Assembly (NCBI RefSeq): GCF_963921235.1
Contig: NC_086097.1
Coordinates: 11,346,001 to 11,410,000, forward strand
Direction: 5' to 3'
Source of the DNA: Mobula hypostoma
Taxonomy: Eukaryota
Length of the DNA: 64,000 nucleotides
Positions 51,910 through 64,000 of the stretch are shown in pieces; positions within the stretch are counted from its first letter, which is position 1, and each line of letters begins with the position of its first letter. A program made the position numbers and the translations under genes. The notes under the pieces are model-generated. The model was not told where the DNA came from, ran no database searches, and worked only from the letters and a program-made list of their open reading frames with translations.

Positions 51910-52390
51910 AGCACAGCTCAACGTCGCCATGAACAGTCCCAAGCCCGACTGCGAAAGGAGGAGGGTTGTGCTTGGGGACTAACAACCCCATCCCACAAAA
52001 ACCCGGAGTGACAGAAACACCATAAGAAGCTCCAAATACCTCATCCCTTCCCTGGGAGAGGACAGATCTTCACTCAGGATAAATGATTGTGATGAGCTGC
52101 TGTTGGCAGTCTATATCCCAGAAAGGGTGAAGCTCTTCAGAAGGACAACTGAACATACAAGATGCACAAAGTGGAGAAAACTGAGTTAAAACAGTGTAAG
52201 AAAAGGAGGTGACTTACATTCAATTCCACTGTGAGTACTTCAGCTTTGATTATCTCATTAAACAAGGTGTTAATACTTCTCTTCAATCTGCAATCTGTAT
52301 AATTTCATTTGAAATACTGTCTCTCCCAGCAGCTTTACTGTTTCTCATTTCGCTTATTACATTATCCACTATTTTTTATCTCCCCGAAGA
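51910..52390 (-). mobile_element. Old RTE-like LINE remnants
   Basis: Minus strand VISEMRNSKAAGRDSISNEII resembles the LINE ORF2 KAAGPD motif. Confidence 0.5.
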
Positions 52391-53737
52391 TCTCACTCTT
52401 TAACTACTTGTGCTTAGCCTGTTATTGCCTGGTTCCCTCATTAGCACTTCCAGGATAATATAATACAGTGTGAACATTTCTTGATACATTGAGTAATGCA
52501 CTGATTAGACTGTGGAGTGAGAAAACTGCTGTTGGCTTGGATCTTCCATTAAACCTGAACACAGGTGTAGAACTCTCACAAAGAGAACAAATAAAACTGC
52601 CTGAGACACGTTTTCCTGGTAATAGATGTGTGAAAACCTGGCCACCCGTTCAGACCTGAATTCTTGCCTTGTGCCAGGAATTACAAAGGTATTTCTAGGA
52701 TTTAAAATCACTGCATTCCGCTCAATGTTATTTTTCTGCTGGCGTGAATTGGTATGCAAAACACCAGTCTGTACATCATGGCATTAAAAATATATTCTAA
52801 TTGGTAAGCGTATTGTGCATTTTCACACTGCCAGAATTAATATTAATTCTTAATTTAAATATGCTTGCAATGTGCTTCACCTTGGCCCAGAGGTAGCATG
52901 CTTACCATAGGGTCAGAAGTTTGTGGGCTAGAACATCACACTGGAGGTTTCAAGTCAATCTAAATGAAGAGAAATCACTGCATTACTGAAGATACTATGG
53001 CTGAATCTGGACTTGGTGGCTATGAATGTGCTTGGAGTTCCGGAAGGGTGTCAGCAGCCTGCTCTGGACGTGTCTGCCAGAAGTGTGCCAAACAGACAGA
53101 GTGGGAAGTCAAAAGAGGGATGACCTGACACCTTGTGGTGCTAGAGCTAAAGCTATTGTCTTACTCAATCTTCCAATGAGATCAATACGGGGAAGGATCA
53201 AGAACCCTCCTCCAACCTCCAGTACTATTTGAGGAGCACCCAATGCTCACAAATCAGACGTAGATCATGGTAATTTAGAAGTTAGCTCCCAGGAGCTGCA
53301 GTCAAATTATTGGACCATAGCTCTGGAGATGTGAGTTCCAAGTCCAAAATGGCAGTTGAGGGTTTTAAATCCTCAGTCAGTCAGTGGGTGCCGTCCTGAA
53401 TCCGGGGTTGGTGGCTATGCACCTCCACCTTCTTCGATCTTGCGACAGCACCGAGTACAGCCTCTCCTCCAGTTTGTTCTCACTGGCCACCTTGGCACCA
53501 GTTCCTAGTCATTAACAAAATCTTCAAATTTTAAAAAAATTTATTAAGTGTAACTAGTAACATTTCAGGTTTTCATAACCACCCACTCTCACATGTGGTT
53601 CACCATTTGGTGATGAATTCAGCTGTTCTTATGCAGACAAGCCTATACTGTATGTGACTCCACACTGACTAATACTGTTAATTCTTACTAGCCACATCAG
53701 TACTATACAGAACAATTCACTCTGTATTTACAAATTA

Positions 53738-54775
53738 GGTTAGATTAGATTCGATTCAACTTTATTGTCATTGTGCCGAGTACAGATACAAAGCCAATGA
53801 AATGCAGTTAGCATCTGACCAGAAATGCAAAGAAAAGTGTTATTTACAAAATAACTGCGAATAAAAAGTAAGTGCTACAGCACACAAATATAAAAGTACT
53901 GAGATAGTACAATATGGGTGCAATACTGCTTAGCCCTGTGATGTGAGGTTCAGCAGTGTCACAGCCTCAGGGAGGAAGCTCTTCCTGTGCCTGCTGGTGC
54001 GGGAGCGGAGGCTCCTGTAGCGCCTACAGGATGGGAGGAGAGTAAAAGGTCCATGGTTAGGGTCAGATGCATCCCTGATAATGCTTTTCGCCCTGCCCAG
54101 GCAGCGCTTATAGTAGATGTTCTCAGTGGTGGGCAATTGGGTGCCGATAATCCGCTGGGCAGTTTTCACCACACGCTGGAGTGCTTTGCGGTCTGATACG
54201 GGACAATTGCCATACCACACTGAGATGCAGTTGGTGAGTATGCTCTCAATGGTACAGCAGTAAAAGTCCGTCAGTCTCCTGGGACAGAGGTGAGCTTTCT
54301 TGATGCTCCACAGGAAGTAAAGGCGCTGTTGCGCCTTTTTGATCAGGATGGAGGAGTTCAGGGACCAGGGGAGATGCTATGAAATGTGGACACCAAGGAA
54401 TTTGAAGCTTGATACACGGTCCACAACAGCTCCGTTGATGTAGATGGGGCCATGAGTGTGGCTCCTAGCATGCCTGATGTCCACAATGATCCCCTTGGTC
54501 TTCTGGGTGTTAAGGGCCAGGTTGTTGTCAGCACACCACGCGGCCAGGTGCTGGGCTTCATCCCAGTAGGCTGTCTCATCATCCCCTCTGATCAGGCCAA
54601 CCACCGTAGGGTCATCTGCGAATTTGATTATGGAGTTAGAACCATGTACAAGAATGCAGTCATAGGGGGAAAGGGAGTACAGAAGAGGGCCCAGCACACA
54701 GCCTCGAGGCATGCCGGTGTTCAGGGTGAGAGTGGAGGAGCAGAGGTTGTGTAACTGATATCAGCATCCTCTGAA
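53738..54775 (-). mobile_element. Rex1/Babar LINE fragment (second subfamily)
   Basis: PRGCVLGPLLYSL..KFADDPTVVGLI and WYGNC..RKSFLPEAVTLLN. Confidence 0.85.
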
Positions 54776-55182
54776 CATAAAAAGAAAAAAATCTCTTCCA
54801 TCTATTGTGATGATTATTTGACGGCAGTTTCAAGTTGCAAAGTCCACAATAAGTGCCCTTTCATCATCTTCAAATCATATTACGACTCAGAGATGACACT
54901 TGAAAGAGTGCAACTCACCACCCCTCCCCTCTGATTCAAGGAAATGTCTAAACCGTGAACATTCGAGGTGAAGAAGGAGCATTTGGCATGGCAATGAGAA
55001 ATCTGAATTAGAGAACATACATAAACAATGAAAGGAGTATTTTCATCTTCAAACTCTCCATTAATTTTCTCATCTGGTACTTCCCATTTCACCCCATGGC
55101 AGAATTTGTGCTTCCTGCACTGGCTTCCTCAGCAGCTCAAAACCCATTGGGCAAAGGCAATGCAACTGATCTTTGACTCCTA

Positions 55183-55320
55183 AAGGAAAGAAAAAAGAAG
55201 GAAGGAAGGAAAAGCAGGAAGGAGAAGGAAGAAAAGAAGAGGAAGAAGAAGAAGAGAAGGAAGAAAGAAAAAAAGGAAGAAGGAAAGAGAAAAGTGTATC
55301 AGGAAGGAGAAAGAGAAGAT
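55183..55320. repeat. Purine-rich low-complexity (GAA/GGAA) tract
   Basis: Seen directly. Confidence 0.85.
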
Positions 55321-57685
55321 GACAACTGAAGATGCTTCCATTAATCTTAGACACCCAAGTGAGGTGATTGAACCTTGCAGCACTGTATTCACCTCAATTT
55401 TTCCCTTGTCAGATTCTTTTTCTGAACAACTGCCAGCCTTAATACTATTACAATGAACCTTCCTTAGGAAGTGAAGGTTTGCTTTAACTAGAACCAACCA
55501 CTCATAATATCAGCCTCATTTCAGTGCACATTGTGGTTGGCACTAAGACAGTGAAAATAATTAAAATGAGCAAGTTTTGTAAGGTTTGCCATCAAAGAAT
55601 ATAGCTTGATCAAGTATCCGAATCTCCAGACATTATTTTCTGAAGTCATACCAGACCATGTTGCTCTTCATGGAGTATATAAAACCATAAGACCATAAGC
55701 CCATAAAATATAGGAGCAGAATTAGGCCATTTGGCCCATCGAGTCTACTCTGCTATTACATCATGGCTGATCCATTTTTCCTCTCAGCACCAATCTCCTG
55801 CCTTCTCCCCATATGCTTTCATCCCCTGACCAATCAGGAATCTATCAATCTCTCCTGGTGGCTGTGTGGAATGGACCTTCACGGGTGGTGGTAGAGGCAG
55901 ATACATTAGGGACATTTAAGAGACTCTTAGATAGGCACATGAATGAAAGAAAAATGGAGGGCATGAGGGAGAGAAGGTTAGGTTCTTCCTAGAGTAGTTC
56001 AAAAGATCACCACAAAATTGTGGGCTGAAGGTTCTGCACTGTGCTGTACTAAATATAGAACAGTACAGCAAAGGATGAGGCACTTCAGCCCACAATGTAA
56101 TGCTGAACTAATTAAGTTAATGATACCTACTTACACTGGTTCCTTCTGCCTGCACATGTTCCATATCCCTCTATTCTCTGCATGTTCATGTGCTGATCTC
56201 TGAGCTTTTTAAACATCTCTGCGAATTTTGCTCCCACCACCACCACTGGCAGTGCATTCCATGCTCCTACCCCTGAGTGTAAAAATCTTGTCCGCACATT
56301 TCCGTTCAACTTTCTTCCTCTCACTTTAAATGCATGACCCCAGTATTAGAGTTTTTGATACTGGGAACAAGATAACAGCTGTCTACTTGGTCTATGCCTT
56401 TCAAAATTTTATAATCTTCTGTCAGCTCTCCCCTCAGCCTTCCTCGAAATGTAAATTACATTTAAGTTTGTAAATTTGTAAAGTACATTCAAGATTTAAG
56501 ATTCAAGATTACTTAACGTCATTTCCAGTGCAGAAGTGTAAAGGAGAATGAAATAATTGTTACTCAGGATCGCAGCACCAAAACGAAGCACAATAAGATA
56601 AATAACACGATGAAAAGAAACACAATAAATATAAATACATTAAGATAGCTTATATAGATAAATTGATTGTATATCCATAAAGTGACTCTATGTACAGGAG
56701 TGTCTGTACGTAAGGTGACACTGACAGGAAATGATAAATTAGTGGTCGTTGGGGATGTGGAGGGGAGTTGGCGGGAGGAGGTGTTGATCAGTCCTACTGC
56801 TGAGGGGAAGTGACTGTTTTTGAGTCTCGTGGTCCTGATGTGGATGCTACATAGCCTCCTCCCTGATGGGAATGAAGTAAACAGTCCGTGATGCAGAGAA
56901 AGAAGTTATACAAGTTAAAATTATAAAGTTACACCAATTGCTACAGGGAGATACTAGTATACCACTTAGAAGCATAGGCGTCCCAGAGATCAAGGGATTT
57001 AAACCAGCTAATCCATCTATAGCTGCCAGTGTTGAGGTGATTTTCCCTAGGAGCAGAGTTTTCAGGAAGAGTGGATCGCACATTGATGTCTTAGAGGGCT
57101 AACAGCTTCTTCCCAGAAGAAGGCAATGCAAGCAGTTCACCCCCTGCAGCTCATAATGAAGGGATTGTATATGGTTGGTACTGTTAATCACAAGGAAGTA
57201 GACATTTAAAGAAAGACTGGCTATCTAATGCTGTTAACTTGTTGGTCACTCAGGAAAATTGGTTTTCAAATCAATTTCACCAATTGACATCAAGCTCAGT
57301 TACTATTCTCAACCCTGTTTACAAATAGCAAGCGGTTTTGCTAAATTATTGTGGCATAACCCTAATTCTGCGCTTCTGAATTCATTTATATAATTTTCTA
57401 TTGCCATTGAATTGTTTTCATATCTGCTATCAACTATAATTTGAGCTAATAAACAATGGTTAGTTTATGGCATTCTTGTCTAAATTCTTTCATAAAGAGC
57501 AAATTTATTGCTGTGCAGACCCTCAGGTAGCACAAACAAAAGAAAATCAACTGATACTAGAAATCAAAGTAGTACACACAAAATGCAGGTGGAACTCAAC
57601 AGGTCAAGCAGCATCTGTCTAGAAGAGTGAACAGTCAACATTTCAGGCCAAGACCCTTCCTCAGAGGCCTTAGGTTGGCGTAAGT

Positions 57686-57965
57686 GGGGTGACACAGTCG
57701 CATAATGGTTAGCACAATCTATTACAGTTCAGGGCTTTCTGGAGTTCAGAGTTCAATTCCAGTGCCATCTGTAAGGAGTTTGTATGTTCTCCCCGTGGAA
57801 TGTGTGGGGTTCCTCTGGGTGCTCTGGTTTCCTCCCACAGTCCAAAGATGAACTGGTTATTGAAAAATGTCCTGTGATTAGGCTTGTGTTAAATTGGTGG
57901 GTTGCTGGGCAGTGGGTCGGGTTGGGCTGGTAGGGCCTGCCTCATGTTGTATCTCTAAATAATAA
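57686..57965 (+). mobile_element. HE1/V-SINE-like SINE adjacent to a PLE terminus
   Basis: V-core with tctaaataata tail. Confidence 0.7.
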
Positions 57966-59149
57966 GAATCTCTAATAATTATCTGATAACATAGTCTGAA
58001 ATGGTCAATATAAATCAGTTCGACAAGGTAGATCGGAGCATAATTAATGTTAGACATAATTGAAATCAAGTTGAAAGAGTGGGAATGGGCTGTGGGTTGA
58101 CATGTAGATCAGACAACATGTTGACTAAAGATTTATCCAGTGTATGGGGTCATGTGAGGTGTTAATCATAATGATCATACAGCAGGAAGTGTCTAATAAA
58201 AATAGTATATAAAATAATGGCTGAACATGAACATGGCCCAATACTGCCAAATTGAACCAAACTCAAGGTCTAGGCCACAGAGCACAATGGCACAGAAACA
58301 GGCCCTTTAGCAAATCTAGTCCAAGTTGTACTGTTATTCTGTCAAGTAAAGTCTTATAATACTTTACATCTCTGATTCACCCAGTGTTGTAAATGGTAAA
58401 GCCCTGAGGACTCAATAGACTTGCGTTACAATTCATTCCAATGCAGCATTGCTGGCAGGGCTGGTCGCTGATGAAAATATGCCGTATACTGAACTGGTGT
58501 AGCCATCCTGACATGAGTCAAGTACTTCGAGTTCTCTTCTCATTGCTACCGCCAAGGAGGAGGTAGAGGAGCCTGAAGGCACACACACACAATGCTTCAG
58601 GAACAGCTTCTTGCCCTCCTTCATCAGATTTCTGAATGAACAATCAACCCACGAACACTACCACACACTACCTTATTTCTTTGTTTGCTCTCTTTCTGCA
58701 CTACTTATTTAATTGAATTCATGTACATATATTTCTCATTGTAATTTATATATATTATTGTTATGTATAACAAGGTACTGCTGCTGTGGAACAACAAATT
58801 TCATGACATATATCAGTGATATTAAACCTGATTCTGACTCTGACTTTTTCATACTTGACCAGATCTGAACCGACACATATCATCAGGTGCTATTTGCTTT
58901 GGGTAGCATCTTGTTCAGGTAGATGCTACTGGATCAAGGTTTGCTAGTCAAAGAAACACAAAGAGCATGGGTTTTAACTCAAAATGTTGACAGTTCCTTT
59001 TCCCCGACAAATATTGTTCAATCCACTGAGCCCTTCCAGCAGGTTTGTTGTTCTACATATGAAATATTGGTGGGTTAACCAGCCCTACCAACTACGGCCA
59101 ACAATTTGAACAGGAACACTGGACAAGCACTAAAGGGGCCTTTATTAAT

Positions 59150-59730
59150 CCAACGCAACACACGCAAAATACTGGAGAAATTCAGCAGGCAGCATCTAGG
59201 GAAATTAATAAACGTTTGAAATTTCGGGCTGAGATCGTTCTTCAGGAATGAAAATGAAGGAGGCAGAGCCAGAAGAAGAAGCTGGAGGGAGGGAAAAGAG
59301 GACAAGCTAAAAGGTGATAGCTGAAGTCAGGTGGGTGGGGGAGGGAATGAAGTAAGAATCTGGAAAGATGGAAAAGGTAAAGGGCTGGAGAAGAAAGAAT
59401 CTAGTAAGAGAGGGGAGTGGACCATGGGAGAAAGGGAAGGAGGAGGGGTACCATGGGGATGAGACAAGTTAAGAGGGGGTCAGAGCGGGGAAATGAAGAA
59501 GAGGGAAGAGGGATGCTGAAAAAAATTACTGGAATTTGGAGAAAATCAATTTTCATGCCATCATGTTGGAGGCTACCTAGATGGAATATGAGGTGTTGCT
59601 TCTCCAACTTGAGAGTGGTCTTATCATGGCATAAGAGGAGGTCATAGACCGACATGTCGGAATGGAAATGGGGTACGGAATTGAAATGGTTGGCTACCAG
59701 GAAAATCCCACTTTTTGCAGATGGAGCAAA
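59150..59730 (-). mobile_element. PLE fragment (GIY-YIG C-terminus and terminus)
   Basis: VANHFNSVPHFHSDMSV..KLEKQHLIFHLGSLQHDGMKIDF. Confidence 0.8.
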
Positions 59731-60079
59731 CGATTGCCTTCTGAGTTTTTTGGATGTCACTTGTATAACCAAGGATCAAAGCAGAGCACTGGTGAGTTAA
59801 TGCTCAGACTGAACGCACTGGCAAAAAGGTGCAGGTACCAGACTTGCGACTCAAAGGGGAGGAAGGGCCTCCATAGAACACAAGGCATCTTCAAGGAGCG
59901 GCAACATCCATTATTAAGGATCCCCATTACCCAGGGCATACCCTCTTCTCATCGTTACCCTCAGGTAGGAGGTATAGAAGCCTGAAGGCACACACTCGGT
60001 GATTCAGGAACAGCTTCTTCCTCTATGCCATCTCAGTTCTGTTTTTGCACTATTTTTAATCTATTTAACATACATATAC

Positions 60080-60360
60080 TGAGCCCAAGCAGTCCGATCA
60101 CTCATACCAACAATAAGAGAAAGACAACTCAGATTCCTAGGACACATCATACGGAAAGATGAACTAGAAAAACTCATACTCTCTGGGAAGATTGAGGGGA
60201 GTAAACTTCGAGGAAGACCTCGGCTTATGTATATCAAAAGCATAGCCAGGTGGCTACACGTCGAGGACATGGAAGTCATCCAAAAAACAAAGGATAGATC
60301 TATATGGAAAACCATGGTCACCAAAGTCCGCATCGGATATGGTACCTAGACAGACGGACA
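60080..60360 (+). mobile_element. RTE LINE 3' end
   Basis: RQLRFLGHIIRKDELEKLILSGKIEG..RGRPR; agacagacggaca tail. Confidence 0.75.
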
Positions 60361-60726
60361 TACTGCATATACCTACTGTAAGTGATTTACTTATTTATTT
60401 ATATTTTTCTGTATCATGTATTGCATTGAACCGCTGCTGCTAAGTTAACAAATTTCATGACACATGTCAATGAAAATAAACTGGATTCTGATTCTGGCTA
60501 TTGTTGTCCTTCAACCTGGTGGTACATACTTTTGTATTTCTAGTGGTACAATCCTTATCCACCAGCAAAAACAATGATTTAATCAGAGATACAACACGCA
60601 ATGGACCATTCTGGTCAAACCAGCTGCGCCACCCAGCAACTCACCTATTTAAACCTAGCTTATTCACAGGGCAATTTTACAATGACCATTGTAATGGAAT
60701 GTGAGAGGAAAATGGAAACCCCAGAG

Positions 60727-62182
60727 GCTTTGTGAAGGGCAGATCGTGTCTAACAAGCCTGATAGAGTTATTTGAGGAGGTGACCAGGCATAGAGATGAG
60801 GGTAGTGTAGTGGATGTGATCTAAATGGATTTTAGTAAGGCATTTGACAAGGTTCCACATGGTAGGCTTATTCAGAAAGTCAGAAGGCATGGGATCCAGG
60901 GAAGTTTGGCCAGGTGGATTCAGAATTGGCTTGCTTGCAGAAGGCAGAGGGTGGTGGTGGAGGGAGTACATTCAGATTGGAGGATTGTGACTAGTGGTGT
61001 CCCACAAGGATCTGTTCTGGGACCTCTACTTTTCGTGATGTTTATTAGCGCCCTGGATGCGGGGGTAGAAGAGTGGGTTGGCAAGTTTGCAGATGACACA
61101 AAGGTTGGTGGTGTTGTAGTTAGTGTAGAGGATTGTCAAAGATTGCAGAGAGACATTGATGGGATGCAGGAGTGGGCTGAGAAGTGGCAGATGGAGTTCA
61201 ACCCGGAGAAGTGTGAGGTGGTACACTTTGGAAGGACAAACTCCAAGGCAGAGTACAAAGTAAATGGCAGGATACTTGGTAGTGTGGAGGAGCAGAGGGA
61301 TCTGGGGGTACATGTCCACAGATCCCTGAAATTTGCCTCACAGGTAGATAGGGTAGTTGAAAAAGCTTATGGGGTTTTAGCTTTCATAAGTCGAGGGATA
61401 GAGTTTAAGAGTCGCGAGGTAATGATGCAGCTCTATAAAACTCTGGTTAGGCCACACTTGGAGTACTGTGTCCAGTTCTGGTTGCCTCACTACAGGAAGG
61501 ATGTGGAAGCATTGGAAAGGGTGCAGAGGAGATTTACCAGGATGCTGCCTGGTTTAGAGTGTATGCATTATGATCAGAGATTAAGGGAGCTAGGGCTTTA
61601 CTCTTTGGAGAGGAGGAGGATGAGAGGAGACGAGATAGAGGAATAGATACAGTGGATAGCCAGCGCCTCTTCCCCAGGACACCACTGCTCAATACAAGAG
61701 GACATGGCTTTAAGGTAAGGGGTGGAAAGTTCAAGGGGGATATTAGAGGAAGGCAATATGTGCACATGCGCTGGTCGTGCATGCAGCCTGTTACAGTCGC
61801 TCCGTCTAGTTTCCTTACTTTTCTTACTTTTTTAACTTTTTTAACTTACGTTATTTGTTGTATTTTTTTCATGGTAACACATCGAAACTGCATCCTCTCT
61901 AACATGCTGGTGGAGAGAGTTTTTTTTTACCCAATTTCCCTCGGGATCAATAAAGTATGACTATGACTATGACTATGACTATTTTCACTCAGAGAGTGGT
62001 TGGTGCGTGGAATGCACTGCCTGAGTCAGTGGTGGAGGCAGATACACTAGTGAAACTTAAGAGACTACTAGACAGGTATATGGAGGAATTTAAGGTACAG
62101 GGGTTATATGGGAGGCAGGGTTTAAGGGTCAGCACAACATTGTGGGCCGAAGGGCCTGTACTGTGCTGTACTATTCTATGAA
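60727..62182 (+). mobile_element. CR1 LINE RT region, interrupted by a short retroposon at ~61753-61982
   Basis: ORF 60825-61646 [41 protein letters not shown]. Confidence 0.92.
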
Positions 62183-62329
62183 ACTTAACGTGGTCAATGG
62201 AAGAACTTTATCCTTACAGATGTTACAGTAATTAAACTCTGAACTCCAACATCCCAAGCTGTCATAGTGCCAACAGCTAAGCTACTTTGGCACACCTCTT
62301 GGAAACAAGAAGGTAAAAGTCCTGCTGGC

Positions 62330-62862
62330 ATACAGCACCTCTTTCACCTCAGATAGTTGAGAAAGTTTGGTATGGGCCCCCAGAATCCTAAGAACATTCT
62401 ACGGGGGCACCATTGAGAGCATCCTGACTGGCTGCATCACTGCCTGGTATGGGAACGGTACCTCCCTCAAACGCAGGACTCTGCAGAGAGTGCTGCAGAC
62501 AGCCCAGCACATCTGTAGTTGTGAACTTCCCATGATTCAGGACATTTACAAAGGCAGGGTAGCAAAAGGCCCGTAGGATCTTTGGTGATCTGAGTCACCC
62601 CCATCACAATCTATTCCAGCTGCTACCATCTGGGAAACAATACCGCAACATAAAAGCCAGGACCAACAGGCTCCGGGACAGCTTCTTCCACCAGGCCATC
62701 AGACTGATTAACTCACACTGATTTGAGTGTATTGCTATGCTACATTGACTGTTCTATTTACTATAAATTACTATGATTACACATCGGACATTTCAACAGA
62801 GACGTAACAAAGATTTTTACTCCTCATGTGAAGGATGTAAGAAATAAAGTCAATTCAATTCA
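62330..62862 (+). mobile_element. Rex1/Babar 3' fragment
   Basis: ESILTGCITAWYGN..RLRDSFFHQAIRLIN; (caatt)n tail. Confidence 0.8.
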
Positions 62863-63029
62863 ATACATTCAGATGTTCAGATCAGATAATGAAGAGGTGG
62901 GAACAAAGATGTTGAATGCCATTAATTAGAGAAGGATAGTACTGGGTATTCAAAGCCACCTTCTTGATTGAGAAAGTTGATCTGTTGTAGACAAGCAGAA
63001 ATATATTAATCAATTTCTGCTCAGGTAAA

Positions 63030-64000
63030 GTACACAAAATGCTGGAGGAACTCAGCAAGTCAGGCAGCGACTATGGAAATGAATAACAGTCAGTGTTTCA
63101 GTCCAAGACCCTTCTTCAGGACTGGAAAGGAAGGAGGGAAAAGCCAGAATAAGAAGGTGGAGGGGAGGAAAAAGAGCATAGCTAAAAGGTGATAAATGAA
63201 GCCAGGTGAGTGGGAAAGGTAAAGGGCTGGAGGTGAAGAAATCTGAAAGCTGGACCATAGGAGAAAGGGAAGAAGGAGGGGCACTAGGGGGAGGTTATAG
63301 GTAGATAAAAAGGTAAGAGGACAGAGTGAGGAATAGAAAAAGAGGGAAGGAGAAAGTGATGTTCATGCCATCAGGTTTGAGGCTACCCAGACACAACATG
63401 AGGTCTTGCTTCTCCATCCTGAGAGTGGCCTTATCATGACACAAGACGAGGCCATTGACCAACATGTGAGAAACACAACGGAAATAGGAATTAAAATGGA
63501 TGGTCTCAGGGAACTTCTGCTTTTGCTGGATGGAGTGGAGGTGCTCGACAAAGTAGTCCCCCAATTTACGACGGGATTAGTGTGGTGGGACAGATGGACA
63601 AGGGAATCATGGAGGGAGCTATCCCTGTGGAAACCGGAGCGGGGGGGAGGAGCTAAGGATGTATTTGGTGGTAGGATCCCTTTGGAGATGGTGGAGATTG
63701 CGAAAAATGATGTACTGGATGTGGAGGCTCATGGGGTGGTAAGTTAGGACAAGAACTCTACCTCTGTTAAGGTGGCGGGAAGATGGGGTGAGCACAGATG
63801 TCCAGCAGATGGAGGAGATGCGGGTGAGGGCAGAATTAATGGTGGTGGAAGGGAAACCCCATTCTTTGAAAGAGGACATTGCTGATATCCTGGAAAGGAA
63901 AGCCTCATCCTGGGAACAAATGTGGCAGAATTAAAGGAATTGAGAAAAGGGAATTCAAGCAACACACATAAAAGTGGCTGGTGAACGCAGCAGGCCAGGC
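63030..64000 (-). mobile_element. PLE fragment (RT C-terminal region plus GIY-YIG) and start of another PLE terminus at ~63952
   Basis: FKEWGFPSTTINSAL..VLTYHP..IIFRNLHHLQRDP and FVEHLHSI..HFNS..LGSLKPDGMN. Confidence 0.8.

Noticed and set aside
52218..52294. Apparent exon with ag/gtaagt ends and phases matching the missing PPP1R37 exon
   Set aside because: The peptide has no similarity to PPP1R37, and the region overlaps a LINE ORF2 remnant (KAAGRDSISNEII).
55070..55497. ORFs rich in F/S/L
   Set aside because: Translations of a low-complexity purine tract.
60825..61646. Functional or domesticated reverse transcriptase gene (also 21821-22639 and 47578-48732)
   Set aside because: These are 5'-truncated LINE copies with stops or frameshifts nearby and typical LINE tails.

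Overview
Repeat-rich vertebrate genomic DNA. The repeat complement (HE1/V-SINEs, CR1, Rex1/Babar, Penelope-like elements) suggests a cartilaginous fish, probably a ray; this is inference. The only host-gene signal I can support is two small minus-strand coding exons (16226-16271, 46 nt; 7630-7730, 101 nt). They splice in frame to EITEIQHRIKCLDLKGENLDNVSCEALEEIFKRIQFKMISLEWAKLDED, a divergent PPP1R37 (LRRC68)-like protein, so much or all of the window is probably intronic. The rest is nested, mostly dead transposons: CR1, Rex1/Babar and RTE LINEs, Penelope-like elements (PLEs), an integrase-less Gypsy element, two solo LTRs (one with a 7x37-bp minisatellite), Tigger/pogo, Tc1 and mariner derivatives, and many SINEs. 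The most notable hidden signal is a dispersed set of minimal type-I hammerhead ribozyme motifs in PLE termini, several with intact cores. One lies in sense orientation about 170 nt upstream of the 46-nt exon, and fold-back PLE hairpins are also present. Family assignments come from recognising motifs by eye, not from database searches, and many repeat boundaries are approximate. I found no convincingly novel protein-coding system.
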